Of a stretch of DNA of 64,000 nucleotides, positions 27,141 through 35,280 are shown piece by piece. The DNA lies in assembly GCA_964467035.1 (NCBI GenBank), contig CAYXNX010000002.1:10896-74895 (forward strand), in the 5' to 3' direction. Origin of the DNA: Candidatus Woesearchaeota archaeon. GTDB taxonomy: Archaea > Nanobdellota > Nanobdellia > Pacearchaeales > GW2011-AR1. Each line of letters begins with the position of its first letter. Position 1 is the stretch's first letter. The position numbers and the translations under genes are program-made. The notes beneath the pieces are model-generated. The model saw only the letters and a program-made list of their open reading frames with translations, ran no database searches and had not been told where the DNA came from.

Positions 27141-29282
27141 ATGAAAAAAAGAAGTGAACTTACAAGTGCTCAAAAGGGAATTTTGGGAGCTATTGTTCTT
27201 GTTATTGTATTGGGGTTGGTTGGGGTTTTTTTGTTTAATGTTTTGATTGAAAAACCATTGCTTTCTCCTGAAAAAATTTTGGCTGGTCAAACTGAAGATA
27301 TTCGGTTGGATTTGGGAGAATCAAAAAATTTATCAATTAGTGGAAAAAATTATACTTTGAAGTATACTGATTCTGACTTTAATAATAATTGGGATTCTTC
27401 TGATGAAAATGCAATTTTTGTTTTGTGGGATGAAGAGGAAGTAGAGACTGTTTATTTTAATCAGGGTGATGATTTAGAATTTGAGGAAAATTTACCATTT
27501 AAGATTTTTGTTAAATCTGTTGTTCATAATACTTATACAGATAGGGTTACTTTGGAAATTACAAGTGGGGTATTTATTGAACCAGGTAGTTCTGAAAAAT
27601 TTGAAGTTGAAAAATCAAGTGAAGAAGCTTTGTTTTTTGGTGATGAAATCAAGTATTGGGTTTCACTTCCTTCTTCAGGCGATGAATTGAGGTTTGTTGA
27701 GTGGAGCGAATCTGGGGGAAAGATTACTAGTTCTAAGGAATTTCCGAAGTTTGAAAAAGGTTGTTTGAGTGTTAGAGAGGAGGGTTGGCCTATGGCTGTT
27801 TATTTGACTGAAGTTAACGATGAAAGTATTGAATTAGAAGTTTATAATAATGATTATGAAATTGAGGAATATTGTGAAGATGATAGAAATTGTTTTGATG
27901 AAAAATGTTTAGCTGGTTTTTGTGTTGGTAGTTCTAATGTAGATGAAAGTAAATTTCATGATATGGATAAAAATAGGGATTACAATATTGAACTTTCTGA
28001 ATTATCAAGGATTATTCAATTTCATAATTCTGAAGGGTATCATTGCCAAACTGGAACTGAAGAGGGTTATGCTCCTGGAGTTAATGATGGTAAGCAGGAG
28101 TGTGGAACTCATGATGCTGATTTAAATGGGGATTGGAAGATTAATGGAACAGAATTAAATAGGGTTATTGAATTTTTTGATGAGGGCTATTATCCTTCGG
28201 AGGAAACTAAAGATGGTTTTGAAATTGGAGAAGGAAATGATTGCGGAACTAATGATGAGTGTTCAGGCGGAGGTGTTTGTTTAAACGGTGTTTGTGTTCA
28301 AGGAGTTAATTTTGATTGTAGTTCTGATGATGTTTGTGGAGATAACGAGGTTTGTCAAAATGGGCACTGTATACTCCTTAGTTGTCCTTATACATTTGGG
28401 AGTGAATATCATAAAGCTGATTTGAATGGGGATTGGAAAATCGATGTTGGGGAATTGTTAAGGATTATTCAATTTCATAATTCTGAAGGGTATCATTGTA
28501 ATCCTGCATCTGAAGATGGTTATGCTCCAGGAGTTGATGATGATAGGCATATGTGTGGAACTCATGATGCTGATTTAGATGGGGATTGGAAAATTGATGG
28601 GGAAGAATTAAATAGGATTAGGGAGTTTAATAAGAATGGATTTAAGTATTGTCCTGAAGAAGATACTACTGATGGTTATTGTATAAGAGGGGGTGGAGAA
28701 GAAGGTGAAGGAGAAGGTGAACCCCCTAGTCCTGGAGGAGGTCCTTCTGGAGGAGGTCCTTCTGGAGAAGAAGATGATTGCGGAGATGGGATAGTAGATG
28801 AAGATGAAGAATGTGATGGGGATAATTTGAGTGGTAAAAGTTGTCTTGATTGGGGTTATGATAAGGGAACTCTTTCTTGTGATGAGGATTGTAATTTTGA
28901 TAGAAGGGGTTGTGGATATGAAGGAAGTGAAGGAGAAGGTGAAGGAGAAGAAGGAGAAGGGGAAGGAGAAGGGGAAGGAGAAGAACAATCTTATTGGTGG
29001 ATTCTTTATGTTGTTTTTGGTATTTTAATTATAGCTATAATTGCAGTAATTGTTTTTATAATCTTTTTTAGTAAAAAGGGTAAGGAGGGTTTTGGAAAAG
29101 GAAAATTATCTAAAGATAAACAAGATTTGGGTAAAAATAAATCAAATCAAAATGTTTCTTCAAAATCTTTGAAAGACCTGCCCAAAAATTCTGAAAAAAA
29201 ATCCTCTAAAAAAATTGTTAAAAAATCAAGGGATAAAGATTATAAAAACATAGGTCCAAAAATGAAGGATAATTTGGATTAA
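27141..29282 (+). CDS. Large surface/secreted protein, paralog B: signal anchor, four dockerin/EF-hand-like Ca-binding loops, Cys-rich modules, GE stalk, C-terminal TM anchor, Lys-rich tail
   Basis: The N- and C-terminal cassettes are near-identical to paralog A. Also DLNGDWKINGTELNRVIEFF-type loops and CGDGIVDEDEECDGDNLSGKSC. Confidence 0.7.
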   Translation: MKKRSELTSAQKGILGAIVLVIVLGLVGVFLFNVLIEKPLLSPEKILAGQTEDIRLDLGESKNLSISGKNYTLKYTDSDFNNNWDSSDENAIFVLWDEEEVETVYFNQGDDLEFEENLPFKIFVKSVVHNTYTDRVTLEITSGVFIEPGSSEKFEVEKSSEEALFFGDEIKYWVSLPSSGDELRFVEWSESGGKITSSKEFPKFEKGCLSVREEGWPMAVYLTEVNDESIELEVYNNDYEIEEYCEDDRNCFDEKCLAGFCVGSSNVDESKFHDMDKNRDYNIELSELSRIIQFHNSEGYHCQTGTEEGYAPGVNDGKQECGTHDADLNGDWKINGTELNRVIEFFDEGYYPSEETKDGFEIGEGNDCGTNDECSGGGVCLNGVCVQGVNFDCSSDDVCGDNEVCQNGHCILLSCPYTFGSEYHKADLNGDWKIDVGELLRIIQFHNSEGYHCNPASEDGYAPGVDDDRHMCGTHDADLDGDWKIDGEELNRIREFNKNGFKYCPEEDTTDGYCIRGGGEEGEGEGEPPSPGGGPSGGGPSGEEDDCGDGIVDEDEECDGDNLSGKSCLDWGYDKGTLSCDEDCNFDRRGCGYEGSEGEGEGEEGEGEGEGEGEEQSYWWILYVVFGILIIAIIAVIVFIIFFSKKGKEGFGKGKLSKDKQDLGKNKSNQNVSSKSLKDLPKNSEKKSSKKIVKKSRDKDYKNIGPKMKDNLD

Positions 29283-29322
29283 AAATAGTAAGATTAAAAA
29301 AAGGTTGTTTCTAATTCTATTG

Positions 29323-30393
29323 ATGTTATCTAAAAAACAAATTGACGAAGTTAAGGAACATTTGGAAAGAGCTCAAAATCCAGTGATTTTTTTTGATAAT
29401 GATTGCGATGGTTTGATGAGTTTTATTATGTTGAGAAAATATCTTGATAGGGGAAAAGGAGTTCCTGTTAAAAGTTCTTTTGAATCTAGATATGCTCATA
29501 AAGTTGAAGAACTAAATGGAGATTATGTTTTTATTTTAGATAGACCAAATGTTTCTAAAGGATTTATTGAAGATGTTGTTTCTAAAGGGATTCCTATTGT
29601 GTGGATTGACCATCATGATATGAAGCCTGAAGAGTTGATTATTTCAGAGGATGAAAAAGTTTTGTTGAAAGATGTTGGAAAAGAATTGGTGAGTTATTAT
29701 AATCCTGGAAAAAATGCAGAACCTGTGAGTTATTTGGTGTATCATATTTTGAATAATAGAAATTTTCAGTGGATTTCTATGGTGGGATGTATTGCAGATA
29801 ATTTTGTTCCAGAGTTTGCCGAGGAGTTTTCTAAAAGTTACCCAGAACTTTGGAAAAGTGGAACTAAAGAAGCATTTGAGATTTTTTATGAAAGTGATTT
29901 GGGGAGAATCATTAACTTGTTGGATTTTTCATTAAAAGATAGGACTAGAAATGTTGTTGCAATGATGAATTTTTTAGTTAAAATTAATTCTCCTCTTGAA
30001 TTGTTGAAAGAAGATTCTAAAAATTCTTTGATACACAAACGTTATTCTCAAGTTGAAGCTGTTTATTCTAAATTAATTGAAAGGGCTAAAAATGTTGCGA
30101 GAAGGTCTAGTAAGGTTGTTTTTTTTGAATATGGGGGAAATTTGAGCTTGAGTGCGAATATTGCAAATGAGCTTTCTTATAGATTTCCTGGAAAAGTGAT
30201 TATTGTTGCATATGTCCGAGGTGATGGGGCAAATGTTTCTGTTAGGGGGAGGATTGATGTTAGGAAGATTGCATTGGAGGCAATTAAAGAAATTTCTGGA
30301 GCGCAAGGAGGGGGGCATGAAAATGCTGTTGGAGCGAAGATGAGTGTAAGCGATTTGGAAAAGTTTAGAGATTTTTTTATTAAAAGTGTTTAG
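29323..30393 (+). CDS. DHH/DHHA1 phosphoesterase, RecJ/Cdc45(GAN)-like
   Basis: DNDCDGLMS (motif I), VWIDHHD (DHH) and GGGHENAVGA (DHHA1 GGGH). Confidence 0.75.
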   Translation: MLSKKQIDEVKEHLERAQNPVIFFDNDCDGLMSFIMLRKYLDRGKGVPVKSSFESRYAHKVEELNGDYVFILDRPNVSKGFIEDVVSKGIPIVWIDHHDMKPEELIISEDEKVLLKDVGKELVSYYNPGKNAEPVSYLVYHILNNRNFQWISMVGCIADNFVPEFAEEFSKSYPELWKSGTKEAFEIFYESDLGRIINLLDFSLKDRTRNVVAMMNFLVKINSPLELLKEDSKNSLIHKRYSQVEAVYSKLIERAKNVARRSSKVVFFEYGGNLSLSANIANELSYRFPGKVIIVAYVRGDGANVSVRGRIDVRKIALEAIKEISGAQGGGHENAVGAKMSVSDLEKFRDFFIKSV

Positions 30394-30427
30394 GAAATTT
30401 TATAAATTCTTTTTTACTTAATTTAAG

Positions 30428-31006
30428 ATGGGTGATTTAGGAAATAAATTTTCAATTATTCAAGAATTGGAAATTGTTGAGGTTTTTACACGTTTTGAAA
30501 CTGCTAATAAGTATAATGTTTTGGATGAGTCAGGAAATAAGGTTTTTTATGCTTATGAAGACGATACTGGTTTTATTGGGAAACAATTTTTAAAAAGTAG
30601 GAGAAGTTTAAAGTTACATATTTTGGATGAAAATCAAAAGGAATTATTTGTTGTGGATAGACCTTTTTTCTTTATGAAATCCAAGGCAAATATTTTTATG
30701 GGAAATGAAAAAACTGGAAAAGTTAAACAAACTAAAGCTATTGGAAATAAAAAATTTGATTTTATTTCTAATGAAGGAAGAGTTATTTTTTCTTGTGTTT
30801 CAAAATTGCCTCATCTTTGGACTTTTAAAGTTATGAAAGATGGATATCATATTGCAACTATTTTGAAAAAGTGGAGAGGGGGGCAAGAAGTAATAAGTGA
30901 TGCAGATATGTTTGATGTTGAGTTTCATTATCAACTTGATGACTCTATGAAAATTTCGATTTTGATTTGTGCATTTATAATTGACTTGAGAGTTTTTGAA
31001 AGCTAA
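30428..31006 (+). CDS. Phospholipid-scramblase / LOR (tubby-like fold) family protein
   Basis: LEIVEVFTRFETANKYNVLDESGNKVFYAYED...SLKLHILDENQKELFVVDRPF resembles the scramblase family core. Confidence 0.55.
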   Translation: MGDLGNKFSIIQELEIVEVFTRFETANKYNVLDESGNKVFYAYEDDTGFIGKQFLKSRRSLKLHILDENQKELFVVDRPFFFMKSKANIFMGNEKTGKVKQTKAIGNKKFDFISNEGRVIFSCVSKLPHLWTFKVMKDGYHIATILKKWRGGQEVISDADMFDVEFHYQLDDSMKISILICAFIIDLRVFES

Positions 31007-31008
31007 CC

Positions 31009-31161
31009 GGCTTTGTTGAAAATCTAAATTTTTATTTGTTTTTGATTTTACATTTTCCCACTACAAGTTTCGACTTCGTCGAAAAACCCACCCTATATTC
31101 TACAGGAGTTTCCTAAACTTTTAGTAAAATCAAAAATTATCTTAACTTTTTCAACAAAGCC
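31009..31161. mobile_element. 153-bp MITE-like element, copy 2
   Basis: By eye it is identical to 2260-2412. It is flanked by the 9-bp direct repeat AAGCTAACC (31000-31008 and 31162-31170). Confidence 0.8.
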
Positions 31162-31288
31162 AAGCTAACCAACAAGTTTTTAAATAATATTTTATTAGTA
31201 AAAAGATGGAATCAAAAGGGGGTTCGATACTGTTATTATTAGTGGAATTTTAACAGCTATTGGAGCTTTTATTGTTTTAGTTATTGGG

Positions 31289-31522
31289 GTGTTGGGATTG
31301 TTTTCAGATGAAAATGCAGTTCTGGGTGCTATTTTTGTTTTTGTTATGGCAATTATTTTGGGAATTATTTCAGGTTTAAAATTTTGGGCTTCGAGTTTGA
31401 TGAAAAATTCTTTAACTGTTAAAAAAGGAGGTTTTATTGCATTAGTTGTAGGTATTTTTACAGGGCTTGATTTATTAGCAGTGATTGGAGGAATTTTGGG
31501 AATTGTTGCAGCTGAGAAATAA
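31289..31522 (+). CDS. Small membrane protein; an ATG at 31206 would join it if the G5 run at 31218-31222 were G6
   Basis: GTG start in the track. Hydrophobic (AVLGAIFVFVMAIILGIISGL; GIFTGLDLLAVIGGILGIVAA). Confidence 0.35.
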   Translation: MLGLFSDENAVLGAIFVFVMAIILGIISGLKFWASSLMKNSLTVKKGGFIALVVGIFTGLDLLAVIGGILGIVAAEK

Positions 31523-31538
31523 TTTAATAAAAAATAAA

Positions 31539-31829
31539 ATGAACGGAGATATAAAAAAAAGAATTATGTGGGGCAATATTATTTCTTTTTCAGTTTTATT
31601 CTTTTTATTAATCTTGTTTTTAAGTATTGTTTGGTTTGTTCCAGTTTTTTATGATAAGGATACTGGCGAAAAATTAGTATTAAGTGAAAGAACTAAATTT
31701 ATTTGGACAGGAGTAATTGTTTCTTTAGCAATTATTTGGGTTTTTATTCAATTATTGTGGAGCAAATATTTAAAATCTGAAAAAGGTAAGCCGGTTGTTG
31801 ATTTTTTTAAAGATAATTTTTGGGTATAA
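31539..31829 (+). CDS. Hypothetical two-TM membrane protein
   Basis: First ATG after the end of the previous ORF. Two hydrophobic helices. Confidence 0.45.
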   Translation: MNGDIKKRIMWGNIISFSVLFFLLILFLSIVWFVPVFYDKDTGEKLVLSERTKFIWTGVIVSLAIIWVFIQLLWSKYLKSEKGKPVVDFFKDNFWV

Positions 31830-31991
31830 ATTCTTCATAAATTGTTGAAGATTTTGAGAAAAGAAAAATATATAAACGTTTTTTTTTTCAATAGGGTATG
31901 AAAATTTTAAAAAATTGGGTGAGAGTTAAACTAAGGGTTTTTCACTCATTTGATAAAATTTAAGTTATATCAACTGAAAGGAGGTGATGAA

Positions 31992-33056
31992 ATGAAAGAT
32001 ACAAAAAAGAAGAATTTGATTGTTGTTGTTTCTGTTTTGGCGATTGTGTTGGTGGCTTTGGGTTTGACGTATTTTTTTAATTTTGGTCCGCAGTTGAGTC
32101 CAGGTTCTTCAAATCCAGGTGGTTGGAATTATTGTAAGAATAATCCTTGTAATGCTGGAGAGGGGGATTGTGATGGAGATGGAGAGTGTGCTGAAGGAGA
32201 GTGTGTTAATAATGTTGGGGGAGTTTATGGATTTTCTAAATGGGCAGATGTTTGTGAATTGAAGAGAGAAATACCTTGTGGAAATTATGGAGATGTTGAT
32301 GGCGATGGTTGGGTTACAACTAGGGATTCACAGTTAATTCTTAATTTCTTATCAGATGAAGATTTAATTAATAGAGTAAATGCAGATGTTAGTGGAGATG
32401 GCGAAGTAAATGGAGTCGATGCATGGTTTATTAGAGAATATCTTAAGGATGCAAGATCTCCTTTGCCTGTTTGCGGGGGTGAAGAGTCTGATTTGAGAAA
32501 GGTTTTAGGCCTCGGAGATTCTTTTACTCAGGATGGTAAATCTTTTTGGGTGGATCTTATTGGAGAAAATACAGCAAGGATAAATGGCGAGACTATTAAT
32601 GAAGGATCTTCAAAAATAGTTGATGGTGTGAAAATAAAACTTGTTAAGGTTTATTGGAATAACTCTAAAGAAAAATCAGTGCTTCTAGAGGTTAGTGAAA
32701 GTGAAAGTTCCGGAGATTCTGGAGGTTCTGGAGGTTCTGAAGAAGTGACTTATGAAGGAGTTTTGGAGATGTTGGGCCAATGTAATTGGGCATCAATAGC
32801 TATTGGGACAAATGATTCAGCTACTTCTTGTAATGAAGCTTGTGCTCCTCACAAATGTATTGGGGGGATGGCTCTTCTTCAATATGAATTTGCAACCGGA
32901 GAAAATATAGATCAAATGGAACTACTAACTTATCCAATTTCTTGTGGAGACAATTTGGTTCAATTTAATTCAGATTTACAAGAGGGATTTAGTTCAACAA
33001 TTCCTACAACTCTTGAAACCGATGTACTTTGTCATTGTTGTTCAGCCCCTAACTAA
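31992..33056 (+). CDS. Secreted/anchored protein with a canonical dockerin (two EF-hand-like repeats) and Cys-rich regions
   Basis: GGAGGTGA lies 5 nt upstream of the ATG. Signal anchor LIVVVSVLAIVLVALGL. Dockerin reads DVDGDGWVTTRDSQLILNFL ... DVSGDGEVNGVDAWFIREYL. Confidence 0.7.
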   Translation: MKDTKKKNLIVVVSVLAIVLVALGLTYFFNFGPQLSPGSSNPGGWNYCKNNPCNAGEGDCDGDGECAEGECVNNVGGVYGFSKWADVCELKREIPCGNYGDVDGDGWVTTRDSQLILNFLSDEDLINRVNADVSGDGEVNGVDAWFIREYLKDARSPLPVCGGEESDLRKVLGLGDSFTQDGKSFWVDLIGENTARINGETINEGSSKIVDGVKIKLVKVYWNNSKEKSVLLEVSESESSGDSGGSGGSEEVTYEGVLEMLGQCNWASIAIGTNDSATSCNEACAPHKCIGGMALLQYEFATGENIDQMELLTYPISCGDNLVQFNSDLQEGFSSTIPTTLETDVLCHCCSAPN

Positions 33057-33057
33057 A

Positions 33058-33127
33058 TTTTTATTTTTTCTTTTCTTTTTATTTTCTTTTTATTTTCTTT
33101 TTATTTTCTTTTCTTTTTATTTTTTTG
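33058..33127. repeat. Pyrimidine-rich low-complexity tract with TTTTTATTTTC-type tandem units
   Basis: About 70 nt with no G on the + strand, between the dockerin gene and rarA. Confidence 0.6.
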
Positions 33128-33164
33128 ACATAAATTTTTAAAAAACTTAATTCTATGTAAACTT

Positions 33165-34379
33165 ATGAAGAAAGTTCCGTTGGCGCATTTAATGAGGCCT
33201 AAATCTTTGGAAGAATTTGTTGGGCAAGAGCATTTAGTTGGAAAAGGAAAGCCAATAAGAAAGATGATTGAATCAGGAGAGCTGAATAGTTCGATTATTT
33301 TTTGGGGTCCGCCGGGTTGTGGGAAGACAACTTTGGCAAGATTGATGGCAAAATTAACTGAAAGTGAATTTGTAGAATTATCTGCTGTAAGTGCAAAAAA
33401 GGAAAATATTAAAGAAGTTATTAACAAATCGAGATTATTTAATAAAAGGGTTGTTTTGTTTTTAGATGAGATTCATAGGTTTAATAAAGCGCAACAGGAT
33501 TTTTTGCTTCCTTATGTTGAAAAAGGAGTTATTACTTTGATTGGTGCTACTACTGAAAATCCGAGTTTTGAAGTAATTTCTGCGCTTTTGTCAAGGAGTA
33601 GGGTATTTGTTTTAAATCCTCTTTCTAAGGAAGAAATTAAGCAAGTTATTTTGAATTCAATTTCTAAAAAAGATTTTCCTTTTGAAATAAATGTTGATGA
33701 AGAAAATATAGAACTTATTGCAGGGTTGGCAAATGGGGATTCAAGAAGTGCTTTGAATATTTTAGAATTTTTGGAAAGTTATGAAGGGGAAGTTAGGAAG
33801 GAAGATATTTTAGAAGCTGTGCAAAAAAGTTTTTTAAGATATGATAAAAATGGGGAAGAGCATTATAATATAATTTCTGCATTGCATAAATCAATGAGGG
33901 ATTCTGATTCTCAAGGGGCTGTTTATTGGATTATGAGGATGATTGAGGCAGGAGAAGATCCCAAGTATATTGTTAGGAGATTAATTAGATTTGCATCTGA
34001 AGATGTGGGAAATGCTGATCCTCAGGCTTTGCAAGTTGCGGTTTCAGCCCGAAGTGCAGTAGAGTTTTTGGGTTATCCCGAGTGTGATTGTGCTTTGGTG
34101 CAAACAGCTGTTTATTTAGCAAATGCTCCTAAAAGTAATTCAATTTATGAGGCTGTTAATTTTACAAAGAAAGAAATTAAAAAATCAGGAAATTTGCCAG
34201 TGCCTTTGCATTTGAGAAATGCTGAAACTAATTTGATGAAAGAGTTGGGGTATGGGAAGAATTATAAATATGCTCATGATTTTTCTGAAGCTAAAATTAA
34301 GCAAGAACATTTGCCTAAGGAGTTAAAAGGGAAGGTTTTTTGGAAGGCAAAACACAGGAATGAAGAGAATAAAATTTAG
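33165..34379 (+). CDS. rarA: Replication-associated recombination protein A (RarA/MgsA/WRNIP1 AAA+ ATPase)
   Basis: FWGPPGCGKTTLARL, VLFLDEIHRFNKAQQD, and a C-terminal MgsA domain (YNIISALHKSMRDSD...GEDPKYIVRRL). Confidence 0.9.
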   Translation: MKKVPLAHLMRPKSLEEFVGQEHLVGKGKPIRKMIESGELNSSIIFWGPPGCGKTTLARLMAKLTESEFVELSAVSAKKENIKEVINKSRLFNKRVVLFLDEIHRFNKAQQDFLLPYVEKGVITLIGATTENPSFEVISALLSRSRVFVLNPLSKEEIKQVILNSISKKDFPFEINVDEENIELIAGLANGDSRSALNILEFLESYEGEVRKEDILEAVQKSFLRYDKNGEEHYNIISALHKSMRDSDSQGAVYWIMRMIEAGEDPKYIVRRLIRFASEDVGNADPQALQVAVSARSAVEFLGYPECDCALVQTAVYLANAPKSNSIYEAVNFTKKEIKKSGNLPVPLHLRNAETNLMKELGYGKNYKYAHDFSEAKIKQEHLPKELKGKVFWKAKHRNEENKI

Positions 34380-34794
34380 TATAATAAAATTTATAAATAA
34401 TTGAATCTTAAATTTTTTATGGATTACAAGGTAAAATCTATGAACTGGAATTATCTAGTAGCTAGATTTATCTTTGTTTGTCCTACTAAACATAACTTGA
34501 TTTAATTTGTGTCTATCTCTTTGGGGCTGAATTAAATCAAGGGAAGATTTCTAAGATTTATTTGGCTCAAGAAAGAGTATAGATTACAAGTTTTTTCAGA
34601 TAAAAAATGAAAAAAACGGAGGTAAAAGAAATGGAAGAAGTAGAACAAGAATTGGGTAATTTGATAGAGGTTACTTTGCAATTGGAAGATGAAGTGAATA
34701 ATTTGCTTTTAAATTCTTAATTTATTTTTTATTATTTTTTCTTTATGTTGAATAGTATGCTAATTTATTTAAAATATGGTTTGGAAGTTGTTTA

Positions 34795-35280
34795 ATGAGA
34801 ATTTTACAAGGAAGTGAATCTAAAGATTCTATGAAATATATTTTAGAAGCTAAGAAAGTTGCACAGAATGCAACTTGTTTAAGGTCTAAGTGTGGCTCAG
34901 TTATTGTTAATCCTAATGGAGAAATTATTGGGAAAGGTTTTAATTCTCCTGCTGGGAATTTAGAGAGTCAGAGAAGGTGTTTAGATGATAAAACAGATTT
35001 GCATTCAAAAGTTGTAGATAAAACTTGTTGTGTTCACGCTGAACATAGGGCTATTGTAGATGCGTTGAGAAAAGATTATGATTTGAATGAGAGTAGACTT
35101 TATTTTATTAGATTGGATGAAAATAATGAAGAAATATTTTCTGGAGAACCTTATTGTACTCATTGTAGTAAATTTGCCTTAGATGTTGGAATTAAAGAAT
35201 TTGTTTTATTTCGAAAAGAGGGAATTTGTGTTTATGATACTGAAGAATATAATTTGATTTCTTATAGGTTTAGAGGTTAG
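34795..35280 (+). CDS. Cytidine/deoxycytidylate deaminase family (dCMP deaminase-like)
   Basis: CVHAEHRA (HAE) and PCTHCSK (PCxxC) zinc-binding motifs. Confidence 0.8.
   Translation: MRILQGSESKDSMKYILEAKKVAQNATCLRSKCGSVIVNPNGEIIGKGFNSPAGNLESQRRCLDDKTDLHSKVVDKTCCVHAEHRAIVDALRKDYDLNESRLYFIRLDENNEEIFSGEPYCTHCSKFALDVGIKEFVLFRKEGICVYDTEEYNLISYRFRG

Noticed and set aside
23134-29282. Diversity-generating retroelement targeting the variable middles of the two surface paralogs
   Set aside because: The window contains no reverse transcriptase and no template/variable repeat pair with A-specific mismatches. The middles are unrelated rather than point-diversified.
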